Of a stretch of DNA of 64,000 bases, positions 1 to 9,738 are shown piece by piece. This DNA comes from Candidatus Latescibacterota bacterium (lineage in GTDB: Bacteria > Latescibacterota > UBA2968 > UBA8231). The notes under the pieces are model-generated. The model saw only the letters and a program-made list of their open reading frames with translations, made no database searches and had not been told where the DNA came from. The position numbers and the translations under genes are program-made. Within the stretch, counting starts at the first letter, position 1; every line of letters starts with the position of its first letter. The stretch covers positions 5,408,001 to 5,472,000 of the forward strand of contig CBDETY010000003.1 in the NCBI GenBank assembly GCA_965243025.1. Reading direction: 5' to 3'.

Positions 1-613
1 TGTCGCCGCGCGCGACCGCCGCGGTCTTGACCGGGATCGCCGCTTCCTCACCCGGGGAACCCCCTCCCCACTGGCCGCGGCCGCCGCCGCGGCTGCCGCG
101 GGACTGCTCCTCCTCCTCGCCGCCGCAGCCGCTCAGCAGGGCGCCGAGGGCAGCGGTCGCGGCGATTCGCACTGCGTGCACTGAAACCATGTTCGCTGGT
201 TCACCTTTCCGTTTGGCAAAAACGACAATCGACGTTGGACCACCGCAGGACGGGATCCGTTTAATCCTGTTGATCCTGCAATGTTCCGGTGCAGGGTGCC
301 CGAAATCCTGCGGACGACTGAATGAAAATCCGGGCCCGCATTGAAGGCGTACTGGAGGGTTCGAGTCCACCGCCGAAACAAGCTGCGGGAGAAGAGCGCC
401 GCCGCGGACTGCTTGCTTTGGCAGGCATGCTGTCCCGGGGCGCGCAATGCGAACCCGCTCCGGGCGCGAGAGGCCGAGGTTCCAGGTCGGGGGACATCCC
501 TGGCCGGCAGCTGCGCCGCGGCACCGGCCGGACCGGAGGAGTTCCGCCAGCCGGGGTGTCCAGAGCTCAGGTTGGGACAGGAAATCGAGAGGCAGCCCCA
601 ACCGCGGCGGCGA

Positions 614-1396
614 TCATCCGCCCTTTCCGGAAAGCTTGTAGCTGCTGGCCACGTAGGTGAGGGTCTGTCCAGCCCTCATCTCCTGCACCCGGGTGTTGGA
701 CGACAGGAACTCCACCGCCTGGGAGAGCGCGGAAATGTCTGCCGGCTGGCCCATGGTCTCGCCGTAGTGGCAGGGAATGACCACGTCCGGGTTGACGTAG
801 CTGGCGGCGCGCGCCGCCTGGCGGATGTCCATCGTGTACTTGCCGCCAACCGGAAAGATGGCGATCTGCGGCCCGTACATCTGGCCGATCAGCTGCATGT
901 CGCCGAACAGGCAGGTGTCGGAGGAGTCGTAGATCGAAATGCCGTTGTCGAAGGCGAGCACGAAGCCGCTGACAGCGCTGTCGGGGCGGAAGTAGTCGTT
1001 GCCCGTCGGCGGCCCCTTGACCAGGTGCGGAGCCATCGACAGCGAGTGGTGCGCCTGCACCATCGTGATCGACACGTCCTTGACCTTCACCGTTCCGCCC
1101 GGGTTCATGGTCAGGGCGCGGTTTTCCATCTCGAGGCCGTGCGCCTCGGCTACCTGGCACATCTCGTAGTTGCCGACGAACTTCGCGTTCGTGCGCCTGC
1201 AGATTTCGAAGGAGTCGCCGACGTGGTCCATGTGGCCGTGGGTGGCGATGACGATGTCGGCCTTGCGCACCTGCGACAGCTTGATCTTCGCCATCGGGTT
1301 GTCGTCGAGCCAGGGATCGAAGTAGATGGTCGTGCCCCTGTCCGACTCGAACTTGAACGAGGCGTGGCCGAGGAAGGTGATCTTTAGGGATGCCAT
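614..1396 (-). CDS. Metal-dependent hydrolase, metallo-beta-lactamase fold (UPF0173/UlaG-like)
   Basis: ITFLGHASF start, THGHMDH metal motif, PVGGKYTM and IPCHY motifs; GGAGG RBS upstream. Confidence 0.9.
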   Translation of the reverse strand: MASLKITFLGHASFKFESDRGTTIYFDPWLDDNPMAKIKLSQVRKADIVIATHGHMDHVGDSFEICRRTNAKFVGNYEMCQVAEAHGLEMENRALTMNPGGTVKVKDVSITMVQAHHSLSMAPHLVKGPPTGNDYFRPDSAVSGFVLAFDNGISIYDSSDTCLFGDMQLIGQMYGPQIAIFPVGGKYTMDIRQAARAASYVNPDVVIPCHYGETMGQPADISALSQAVEFLSSNTRVQEMRAGQTLTYVASSYKLSGKGG

Positions 1397-1493
1397 CTGT
1401 TCCTCCGGGGATTTGAAATGATGACGGTTGTCGCAGCCCTGAGAGGGCTGCGCGGCTGGCGCCGGCCCTCCGGCACTGCGCCTTGAAGTGCTT

Positions 1494-1814
1494 CTATTCG
1501 GCGCTCACCGCGGTGCCGCTGACCGAGACCATCAGCATGCTTCCGCCCTTGCCGATCACCTCGTAGTCGAGATCGATCCCGACCACCGCGTTTCCTCCCT
1601 GTTCCAGCGCCGCCTGGGCAATCTCCTTCATGGCGATCTCCCGGGCCTTTTGCAGTTCCTTCTCGTAGGCGGATGAGCGCCCGCCGACGATGTCGCGGAT
1701 TCCTGCGAAGAAATCGCGGAAGATGTTGGCGCCGACGATCGCCTCGCCGGTGACGACGCCGTGGTAGCGGCTGACGGTCATGCCCTCGATTGTCGGAGTG
1801 GTGGTAAGGATCAC
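1494..1814 (-). CDS. ybjQ: YbjQ/UPF0145 heavy-metal-binding domain protein
   Basis: [25 protein letters not shown]...[11 protein letters not shown]...[11 protein letters not shown] family signature, 106 aa. Confidence 0.9.
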   Translation of the reverse strand: MILTTTPTIEGMTVSRYHGVVTGEAIVGANIFRDFFAGIRDIVGGRSSAYEKELQKAREIAMKEIAQAALEQGGNAVVGIDLDYEVIGKGGSMLMVSVSGTAVSAE

Positions 1815-1963
1815 GGGTGCGCCTCGTCGTCGATGGAGGAAACCGCGCGCCGGGTCGAGTCCGCGCGCGACTGGGTGAAGACGGGGGGGGTATAAAGGCT
1901 TTTCGCGGCCCGCGGGTCAAGCAGTCCGGGGGGCATTTCACTTCCCGGCGGTGTCCGCCAGAC

Positions 1964-4357
1964 TTACCGCGACTCCCGCTGCCTCGTCGTCGATGCGGCG
2001 AGAGAATCGACCTTGATCACCTCTCCGGTCTTGCGGTCGACCTGCCCGAACTGAAGCACCCCGGTGGGGCAGGACTCGACGCAGGCGCTGCAGCGCACGC
2101 ACTCCGGGTCGGCCATCGGCAGCCCCTTGTTGGCGAAGTTCATGATGTCGATGCCCTGGTGGCAGACCGAGGTACAGACGTTGCAGGAGATGCACTTCTT
2201 CTTGTCGGCGAGGATCCGGAAGCGGCTGAAGCGCGCGTACACGTGCATCAGCGCCGCCAGGGGACAGGCGAAGCGGCACCAGACGCGGCCGCTGAACCAG
2301 AAGTAGGCACCGTAGCCCACGATGCCGGCCAGCAGCAGGTCGACCGCCCACTTGTAGTTCAGCTGTATGCCGAACGGCTTCCAGCCGTAGAGCAGCCCGG
2401 CGTGAAAAGCGGCGAGGCTGCCGCCGAAGCCGGTGTCGGGCCATATCCAGCTGACGAGGCGGGTCGCCAGCAGCAGCAGGCATATCAGCAGGATCGCCTG
2501 GCCCACCATGTTCGCCCTGTTCCAGGCGGCCCCGTGCGGCATCTTGTGGCGGTGGGTGTCGCCGAGGGTCTCGGCCATGGCGCCGCAGGAGCAGATCCAG
2601 CCGCAGTACGCCCCCTTTCCCCAGAAGTAGATGATCAGCGGAATGAGGACGAAGGTCTGGACGAGGCTGATGCCCAGCCACCACCAGAGCGGCTGCGAGG
2701 TGAACACGTTCCAGATGAAGAGGGGCCAGGCGAGGACGAGCCCGAAGGCGCGCCAGTACTCGCGGCCGTGGCCGTAGTCGACGGCGGGGAACAGGGCGTC
2801 GGCGAAGCTCTTGCCGAAACCGCCGTCGAACCAGCCGTTGTACCCGAGCCAGGGGAGCAGGAGGTAGGGCAGGAAAAACAGGGGGATCACCTGTACCGCG
2901 GCGAGGGTCCAGGTCTGCACCTCGACGTACGGGGTGCGCCGCCGGCGGATGCGCCGGACTCCGAACAGGACGACGAGGGCGGAGTAGAGCAGGCTGTAGT
3001 AGAAGCCGGGTTCGCCGAGGTTGAGGTTGAGGGTGCCGAGGACCGTCGCAGGGTCCGCGGCCATCGCGCCCAAAGCTCCCCCCGCCTGGCCGAGCAGGGA
3101 GGGAACGCTGAACGGGAACCAGCCGCTCCCCTGGAACCAGCCGGTCAGCGAGCCTCCTGCCTTCCAGTTGTAGACGAAGGCGCACAGGGCGAGGAACAGC
3201 GCCAGGCCGGCCCAGTTGCGCGGCCGCATTTCGCCGCGGATCGCCACCCCGGAGCGGCGGAAGAACTCCAGCGGCGCCTCGCGGCCGATCATCGAGAAGA
3301 CCGCGTCGTTGGGGATGCGGACTTCCTGCCTGCCGGCGTCCTCGAGGACGACCTCGTTCTCCTCGATGGCCTTGAGGTTCGAGGCCATCATCATCCGGAT
3401 CGAGCCGGCGCGGCGGGCCCCTTCGAGGAATTCGCCGCTGCTCGTCGTCACCCGCTCGGAGGTCGGGGTGTCGACGGCGACGTCGGCCATCGGGTCGGCC
3501 GACAGCATCCCGAGCTTCTCGATGTTTTCCGGTTTGGGCCGGGCGAACTCCGGCTTGCGGTAGGAGAGGGTGACCCTGCCGCCGGCGAGGGCGACGGCGA
3601 TGGCGGTTTCGAGAGCGCTGTCGCCGCCCCCGACGACGAGGACGTCCCTGTCGCCGTAGTCCTTGGGGTCGTGCAGGCGGTTGGAGACCTTGTCGAGCTC
3701 TTCCCCGGGAACCCCGAGCTTGCGGAAGTTCCCCGAACGACCGATGGCGACGACGACCCGGCGCGCGCGCACCGTGCCTCGCCCGGGGACGACCAGCTCG
3801 AACAGCCCTCCCTCGCGGCGCACCTGCTCGACGCGCGCCATCGTCGGGGCGATCCCTTTCTCCAGGGTCTGGGCCTTGAGCTCGGCAACCAGGGGCTCCT
3901 TGACCCCGGCGGTGAACTGCAGGTCGCCGGCCGGCACCATTGCGGTCGGATAGGTGAAGATCGGCTTGCCGCGCGGGAAGTTGACGACCGTGGAGAACGG
4001 CTCGGTCGCCTCGAACAGCTCGAAGCTCAGGCCGGCTTCCCTGGCGGCGAGGGCCGCGGCCATGCCGCTGACCCCGGCCCCGACGATGGCGACGTCGAGG
4101 GCCTCCCCGTCACCGCCGGACTGCCTCTCCTGCTGAAAGCGCGGATCGCCGCGGATGTGCGCGACCGCCCTGGCGCCGCTGTCGGAGGAGAACTTCAGCA
4201 GCGGGATGCCGGTGAGGTCGCCGACGATGTACAGCCCGGGAACGTTGCTGCGGTAGTTGGCGTCGACCTCGGGAAGCTTCTCGACCACCCCGGCGGGCCA
4301 GCGGGTGTGCAGCCACTTCGCGTAGGATCCCAACGCTCCGAACATCCGGCGGATCAC
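1964..4357 (-). CDS. Thioredoxin-reductase-like FAD/NAD(P) oxidoreductase fused to a NapH/MauN-like membrane 4Fe-4S domain
   Basis: IVGAGVSG and VVGGGDSALE Rossmann motifs; TM helices; YCGWICSCG and WCRFACP; two CxxCxxCxxxC ferredoxin motifs. GTG start at 4357 overlaps the upstream stop; the ORF-track extension to 5272 is not credible. Confidence 0.82.
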   Translation of the reverse strand: MIRRMFGALGSYAKWLHTRWPAGVVEKLPEVDANYRSNVPGLYIVGDLTGIPLLKFSSDSGARAVAHIRGDPRFQQERQSGGDGEALDVAIVGAGVSGMAAALAAREAGLSFELFEATEPFSTVVNFPRGKPIFTYPTAMVPAGDLQFTAGVKEPLVAELKAQTLEKGIAPTMARVEQVRREGGLFELVVPGRGTVRARRVVVAIGRSGNFRKLGVPGEELDKVSNRLHDPKDYGDRDVLVVGGGDSALETAIAVALAGGRVTLSYRKPEFARPKPENIEKLGMLSADPMADVAVDTPTSERVTTSSGEFLEGARRAGSIRMMMASNLKAIEENEVVLEDAGRQEVRIPNDAVFSMIGREAPLEFFRRSGVAIRGEMRPRNWAGLALFLALCAFVYNWKAGGSLTGWFQGSGWFPFSVPSLLGQAGGALGAMAADPATVLGTLNLNLGEPGFYYSLLYSALVVLFGVRRIRRRRTPYVEVQTWTLAAVQVIPLFFLPYLLLPWLGYNGWFDGGFGKSFADALFPAVDYGHGREYWRAFGLVLAWPLFIWNVFTSQPLWWWLGISLVQTFVLIPLIIYFWGKGAYCGWICSCGAMAETLGDTHRHKMPHGAAWNRANMVGQAILLICLLLLATRLVSWIWPDTGFGGSLAAFHAGLLYGWKPFGIQLNYKWAVDLLLAGIVGYGAYFWFSGRVWCRFACPLAALMHVYARFSRFRILADKKKCISCNVCTSVCHQGIDIMNFANKGLPMADPECVRCSACVESCPTGVLQFGQVDRKTGEVIKVDSLAASTTRQRESR

Positions 4358-5808
4358 CTCACCAGGGTCATCACGCGGGTCTCGCTGACCCCTTCGCTCT
4401 CGACCAGGAGCCGGCAGAGGTAGCTGCCGCTGGCCACCTGGCCGCCGCCGTCGTCGCGGGCGTCCCAGCGGTAGACGTAGCGCCCGGCGCCCTGGAAGCC
4501 GCTGGCGAGGGTGCGGACCTGCTGGCCGGCGGCGTTGAAGATGGTCAGGTCGACCTCGGCGGCGCGCGGCAGGCCGTACTGGATGTGGGTGCCGGGATTG
4601 AAGGGGTTGGGGTAGTTCTGGGTCAGGGAGATCGCCCCGGGCAGCGATACCTCGGGCTCGACCGCGGTGTCGGGGTCGGGCAGCTCTTCGACGATCCCCT
4701 CCCCTTCCCAGACCGGGGCGCCGTTCCAGTAGGTGTCCCAGGCGAACCACATCGAGTTGTACGCCGGGATCTGCTCGAGGCGGGTCCCTTTCAGCTCGCC
4801 GGAGACCGCCTCCCCCAGCATGTTCCAGCGGCTGCGCGTCTCGATGTCGACGAACTCGACCGGCAGATGGCCCCGCGGCTCGGCGAAGACGAAGGTCAGC
4901 GACCTGCCGGCGACCATTCTGCTGTAGGGAATGGCGGTGCGCGAGGCGCGGTCGAAGACGACGAGCAGGCTGTCGCCGCCGAGGGCGTCGTTGATCACCA
5001 CCCCGTCCGGGATGTCCTTGAAGGGGTAGGACTTGACCTCGCCGTTGCGGCAGATCCCGAGGACGGTCTCCTTCGCCAGGATGCGTCCGTCGAGATCCGG
5101 CGTCGCCGTGGTCATCGGGAAGAAGATGTTCTGGTGATCCTCGCGGTAGGTGCCATACGGGTAGATCTCGTAGTGCCCCGCGCGCAGGTAGCGGTTGCGC
5201 TTGTCGCTGTCGTAGCGGTCGAGGCCGGTTCCCGAAAGGGCCACCACGGTGCCGGGGTACATCTGCTTCCACATCGACCAGGTGGTCTCGACGATCGGCA
5301 GCAGCTCGAGCTTCTCACCGGTGTAGTTGCCGCTGATGCCGGTGTAGATCATCTGCGGGTAGAGGCTCAGGCCGTCGCGGCGGTCGTACATCACGAGGTT
5401 GCTGTTGATAAGCTGCCCCGAGACGCCGAACTCGATCTGCGCCAGGTCGTCGCCGGTGGCGTTGAAGTTGAGGGCCGTGCCGGTGAGCGGACAGAGCGTC
5501 ACCGAGATGAACTGGCCGCCGATCCCGTCGTTGATGACTTCGTGCCACCACCCGAGGTTCTCCGGGTAGGCCTTGGCGACGCCGTGCATGAAGACCCCCA
5601 TCACGAGGTCGTCCTCGCGCACGTAATCCGCCTCCCCGGGCATGCCGAACACCGGGTTGGTGAGCGCCGGGATGCCGTCCTTGCCGGGGCCCCCGCTGAA
5701 CAGGTGCTCCGTCAACCCGGTTACGTCGTCGGGCAGGTACTCTCCCCCCCGGGCGGGCAGGGCTGCAAGGGTGCAGAGCGCCGCCGCTGCGGCCAGCCTT
5801 TTGCTCAT
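4354..5808 (-). CDS. Secreted DUF3179-family protein with C-terminal T9SS type-A-like/FlgD-Ig sorting domain
   Basis: Signal peptide from ATG 5808; GGPGKDGIPAL, HEVIND, TLCPLTGT, FGVSGQLINSNLVMYDR; tail TAVE...QNYPNPFNPGTHIQY...WDARDDGG...GSYLCRL. Confidence 0.82.
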   Translation of the reverse strand: MSKRLAAAAALCTLAALPARGGEYLPDDVTGLTEHLFSGGPGKDGIPALTNPVFGMPGEADYVREDDLVMGVFMHGVAKAYPENLGWWHEVINDGIGGQFISVTLCPLTGTALNFNATGDDLAQIEFGVSGQLINSNLVMYDRRDGLSLYPQMIYTGISGNYTGEKLELLPIVETTWSMWKQMYPGTVVALSGTGLDRYDSDKRNRYLRAGHYEIYPYGTYREDHQNIFFPMTTATPDLDGRILAKETVLGICRNGEVKSYPFKDIPDGVVINDALGGDSLLVVFDRASRTAIPYSRMVAGRSLTFVFAEPRGHLPVEFVDIETRSRWNMLGEAVSGELKGTRLEQIPAYNSMWFAWDTYWNGAPVWEGEGIVEELPDPDTAVEPEVSLPGAISLTQNYPNPFNPGTHIQYGLPRAAEVDLTIFNAAGQQVRTLASGFQGAGRYVYRWDARDDGGGQVASGSYLCRLLVESEGVSETRVMTLVR

Positions 5809-5834
5809 CTCGTCCTCCGTTGCTTCCTCACCGC

Positions 5835-6911
5835 CTACAGGTCGACTACCTGCAGCCGCTGTGCCAGCTTGTCTCCCAGAAGATCGGACTTGCTCTCGAG
5901 TTTCAAAACGCCGCGCGGGCAGACGTGGGCGCACATCCCGCAGCCGACGCAGGAAGCCCGCTTGACGTCCTGGTTGTTGCGGGCGTAGGCGCGCACGTCG
6001 ATCCCCATCTCGCAGTAGGCGCTGCAGTTGCCGCACGAGATGCACATGTCCGGCTTAACGCTGATGCGGAAGCGCCCGAACTTCTGGATCAGGCCGAGCA
6101 GCGCCGCCATCGGGCAGAAGAAGCGGCACCAGACCCGGGTGCCCAGCAGCGGGTAGAGAGCCACGGCGAACACCCCGGACAGCAGCGCCCCGACGATCAG
6201 CCCGTACATCTCCTGGATTTTGAAGGCCACCGCGGCGAACCCCGGGTGGTTCTGGCCGATGCCCCAGTTGATGAAGACGACGGCGGTGGTGCCGAGGGCG
6301 AGAAGCAGAACCCCGTGAACGGAGATCTGCTCGAACTTCCACGCCCGCGTCGACTTGTCGGAGAGGTGGCGCCAGGAGTCGCCGGCGGTCTCGGCGAGGC
6401 CACCGCAGCCGCAGATCCACGAGCAGTAGAAACGCTTGCCGAAGATGAAGGCCAGGGCGGGAAACAGGATCAGCGAGCCGATGAAGCTGTAGAGGGCGAT
6501 CAGCACCGGGTACTCGAGGATCGTGCCCGGGTAGAAGTACTCGATCTTCAGCGGCCACAGGTAGGAGAAGAAGAAATCCCTCTTTCCGAACAGCGCCATC
6601 GCGAACGGCAGGCAGAAGGCGAGGACTATCTGCACCGCCACCACGACCAGGGTCCTGACTCTCTGGTAGCGGCTGTTGCCGTGGCGGGCGAGGAAGAAGG
6701 CGCCGCCGGCGATCATCGCCAGCGAGTAGATGGCGCCGTAGAGCCACCACTTGTTGCGCAGGCCCAGGGCTTGCGCCAGCGGGTCGAACCAGTCGGTGAA
6801 GTAGGTCGCCAGGTAGAAGGCGAGGATGGCGGCCCCGAGTATCCAGGCGCTCGCTCCGCGCCGCCGCCATGCTTCCCGGTAGGTGCTCATCAGGCCGTGT
6901 TGGTACATCAT
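5835..6911 (-). CDS. Membrane 4Fe-4S binding protein (NapH/YccM-like)
   Basis: TM helices, GKRFYCSWICGCGGLAET, RVWCRFFCP, CISCGNCSAYC and CVGCGMCAHVCP. Confidence 0.85.
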   Translation of the reverse strand: MMYQHGLMSTYREAWRRRGASAWILGAAILAFYLATYFTDWFDPLAQALGLRNKWWLYGAIYSLAMIAGGAFFLARHGNSRYQRVRTLVVVAVQIVLAFCLPFAMALFGKRDFFFSYLWPLKIEYFYPGTILEYPVLIALYSFIGSLILFPALAFIFGKRFYCSWICGCGGLAETAGDSWRHLSDKSTRAWKFEQISVHGVLLLALGTTAVVFINWGIGQNHPGFAAVAFKIQEMYGLIVGALLSGVFAVALYPLLGTRVWCRFFCPMAALLGLIQKFGRFRISVKPDMCISCGNCSAYCEMGIDVRAYARNNQDVKRASCVGCGMCAHVCPRGVLKLESKSDLLGDKLAQRLQVVDL

Positions 6912-6943
6912 CTGCGCGCGCCCTCCTCGAAGAATTCGTTCTC

Positions 6944-8377
6944 TTATGTGACCGTCGCCCGCGCGGTGTCGAAAACCGGCGGGGGCGTCAGCTCCGGATC
7001 GTACAGGGCTTCCCGCAAGTGGGAAAGGACGTAGCTCAGGTCGCGGCGCTCCTCGATCCAGCGCACCAGGAAGGTGTGGTCCCAGCGGCGGCCCAGCATG
7101 TTGAAGCCGACGACGCGGTCGTTCTGCAGGACGATCCGCGTGGTGCTGCGCACCGCTCCGGTCTCCTCGTGGAACCAGTTCTTCTCCCCCTCGAGGTTGA
7201 AGTTGACCAGCCCGGCGGTGGTGTACTCGACGTCCATGAACTTCGCCGAGTTGTAGAAGGTCCCGCGTTCGTAGGCGACGGTGTCCCCCAGCATGGCCGC
7301 CCCGGCCACCCGGCCCTGGGCGCGCGAGGTGTACCACAGCTGCTCCGGCCTGCGGCTGCCGTCGAACCATGAGACCGCGGCGCAGTCGCCGGCGGCGTAG
7401 ACCCCGGGGGCCGATGCCGCCAGCCCCGCGTCGACGACGATTCCCCGGGAGCGCTCGTCGAGCTCGATCCGGGAACCGTCGAGCCACCCGGTGTTGGGCA
7501 TCACCCCGATGGTGATGACGGCGATGTCGCACTCGATCTCCGGACCGGCCGCCCAGGTTTCGTCGGGGAAGGCGTTGGGCCGGTGCCCGGAACCGGCGAC
7601 CCTGGTGTGCATCCCCGTCACCGCCCCGGCGTCGTCGCCGACGAACTCGTCGACGACGGTGTTGAGGTGCACGTGCAGGCCGTTCTCCTCCATCACCCGC
7701 GCGATCCAGGCGGCCTCGCGGCCGTCGATGGCCAGCGGCCAGTACCAGTCCTCCATGATCAGGAAATGGGTGTCAACCCCGGCATGGGCGAGGATCTCGG
7801 CCGCCTCGATGCCGACCAGTCCGCCCCCGATGACGGCGGCGCTCCGGGCGCGGCGCCCCCGTCGTTCGGCGACCGTGGGGCGCGGCCGGTAGGGGGAGTC
7901 CCCGGCGGTGGCCTCGAGGTGGTGTTCGGGACGCGGCGGTCTGCTTTCGCCGGGGCCGCCGTGGACCTCGCGTTCGAGCCACTCGAGGTCCTGCATGGTG
8001 ACGAAGTGGCCGATCCCGTCGAGGCCGGAGTTGGGCCAGGGGCCGGGGCGGGGCCGCGAGCCGCAGGCGATCAGCAGGCGGTCCCAGGGAAGCGGCTCCA
8101 GTCCTCCTGCCAGCTGCACCTGTCTGTTGTCGACGTCGACGCCGGTGGCGCGCGCCCTGACCCGGGCGAAACCGAGGCGCTCGTACAGGTCGCGCTCGTA
8201 GGTCTCGATGTCGCGGTGGGACAGCTGTCCGCAGAAGACGTACATCAGCGCCGTGCGGGAGAAGGGGTGGTCGGACTCCTCCGAGACGATGGAGATCTCC
8301 CAGTCCGGCTCGCGCTGGCGGATCGCCAGCGCCGCCTCCATGCCGGCGACTCCGTTTCCTATGATGACGGCTCTCAT
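6944..8377 (-). CDS. NAD(P)/FAD-dependent oxidoreductase (NirB/rubredoxin-reductase-like)
   Basis: MRAVIIGNGVAG, LLIACGS, VIGGGLVGIE, IGVMPN, VYAAGDCA; start at ATG 8377. Confidence 0.88.
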   Translation of the reverse strand: MRAVIIGNGVAGMEAALAIRQREPDWEISIVSEESDHPFSRTALMYVFCGQLSHRDIETYERDLYERLGFARVRARATGVDVDNRQVQLAGGLEPLPWDRLLIACGSRPRPGPWPNSGLDGIGHFVTMQDLEWLEREVHGGPGESRPPRPEHHLEATAGDSPYRPRPTVAERRGRRARSAAVIGGGLVGIEAAEILAHAGVDTHFLIMEDWYWPLAIDGREAAWIARVMEENGLHVHLNTVVDEFVGDDAGAVTGMHTRVAGSGHRPNAFPDETWAAGPEIECDIAVITIGVMPNTGWLDGSRIELDERSRGIVVDAGLAASAPGVYAAGDCAAVSWFDGSRRPEQLWYTSRAQGRVAGAAMLGDTVAYERGTFYNSAKFMDVEYTTAGLVNFNLEGEKNWFHEETGAVRSTTRIVLQNDRVVGFNMLGRRWDHTFLVRWIEERRDLSYVLSHLREALYDPELTPPPVFDTARATVT

Positions 8378-8647
8378 GGCGAATTGCTGTTTACCTGTTG
8401 GATGACCGAAGCGCGCGCCGGTTTCACGAAAGCGGCATCGGTTTAATGCCGAGCCGGGGATCGGCAGGCGGGAGCCTTCATCACCCGCCGGCTTCGGTAT
8501 CGTCAGGTCTTCCGTGCAGCGGTGAATCTCGCCAGGGTAGCGGTTGCAATCCAGGTTGCAGCGGCCGGGAGACCGGGAGTGTGCGCTTGTGGAACCAGGT
8601 TCCAGTTCGGATACTCCAAAGTGGTGCACAGCATCGATTGAACGGCG

Positions 8648-9700
8648 ATGAGCGAACTGGTCCAGATAGAAATCCCTCCCGCAGCGGCGCCCCGTCCGCG
8701 GGTCACCAGGTCGAACCGCGACCTGCTGGCCGGGGACTGGCCGCGCTTCCACGAGGTGCTCGACGGGCACGGGTTCCTCCTCGAGCGCCGCCGGCTCACC
8801 ACCCTGCAGGTCAACGTCGGCAAGCTCTGCAACCAGACCTGCCGCCACTGCCACGTCGAAGCCGGCCCCACGCGCACCGAACAGATGACCCGCCGGACCG
8901 CCGAGCGCGTCGTCGAGCTGATGGACCTTCCCGGCGCCGGGGATCTCGACCTCGTCGACATAACCGGCGGGGCGCCGGAGCTCAGCCCGCAGTTCCGCTT
9001 TCTCGCCGCCGAGGCGCGCGCCCGCGGCTTCCGCGTCATCGACCGCTGCAACCTCACCGTGCTGTTCGAGCCGGGCCAGGAAGACACCGCCGGGTTTCTG
9101 CGCGACCACCGGATCGAAGTAGTCGCCTCCCTGCCCTGCTACTCCAGCGAGAACGTCACGCGGCAGCGCGGTGAAGGGGTGTTCGGCAGGAGCATCGAGG
9201 CCCTGCAGCTGCTCAACTCCCTCGGCTACGGCCGCGAGGGGACCGGTCTCCTCCTCGACCTCGTGTACAACCCGGTCGGGGCCTTCCTGCCTCCGGACCA
9301 GGAGGAGCTGCAGGGGGAATACAAGGAACGGCTGCTCGCCGACTTCGGCATTGTCTTCAACCGCCTCTACACGATCACCAACATGCCGGTGAAGCGCTTC
9401 CTCTACGACCTCAAGCACAGCTGCCGGTTGGAGGAGTACATGACCCTCCTGGTCAACAGCTTCAACCTGCAGGCAGCCGAAAACGTCATGTGCCGCGACC
9501 TGGTCTCCATCGGTTGGGAGGGGACCATCTACGACTGCGACTTCAACCAGATGCTGGAGATGCCGGTCCCGGGTCCGCGCCGCAGCATCTGGGACCTCGG
9601 CTCCCTCGACGAGTTCAACCGCGGGCCCATCGCCGTCGCCGACCACTGCTTCGGCTGCACCGCCGGAGCCGGCAGCAGCTGCGGCGGCTCCCTCGACTGA
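8648..9700 (+). CDS. arsS: Radical SAM/Cys-rich protein of the arsenosugar-biosynthesis ArsS family (DUF3641 C-terminus)
   Basis: LQVNVGKLCNQTCRHCHV (CxxxCxxC), DITGGAPE, DRCNLT, ASLPCY, YDCDFNQML, terminal HCFGCTAGAGSSCGG. Confidence 0.85.
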   Translation: MSELVQIEIPPAAAPRPRVTRSNRDLLAGDWPRFHEVLDGHGFLLERRRLTTLQVNVGKLCNQTCRHCHVEAGPTRTEQMTRRTAERVVELMDLPGAGDLDLVDITGGAPELSPQFRFLAAEARARGFRVIDRCNLTVLFEPGQEDTAGFLRDHRIEVVASLPCYSSENVTRQRGEGVFGRSIEALQLLNSLGYGREGTGLLLDLVYNPVGAFLPPDQEELQGEYKERLLADFGIVFNRLYTITNMPVKRFLYDLKHSCRLEEYMTLLVNSFNLQAAENVMCRDLVSIGWEGTIYDCDFNQMLEMPVPGPRRSIWDLGSLDEFNRGPIAVADHCFGCTAGAGSSCGGSLD

Positions 9701-9738
9701 AAAACACCCGGTACCCGCGCAGGCACCGGGCTTCCGCC

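Noticed and set aside
8648-9700. Selenocysteine in ArsS or DUF3179
   Set aside because: The relevant positions are Cys codons and the frames have no internal TGA
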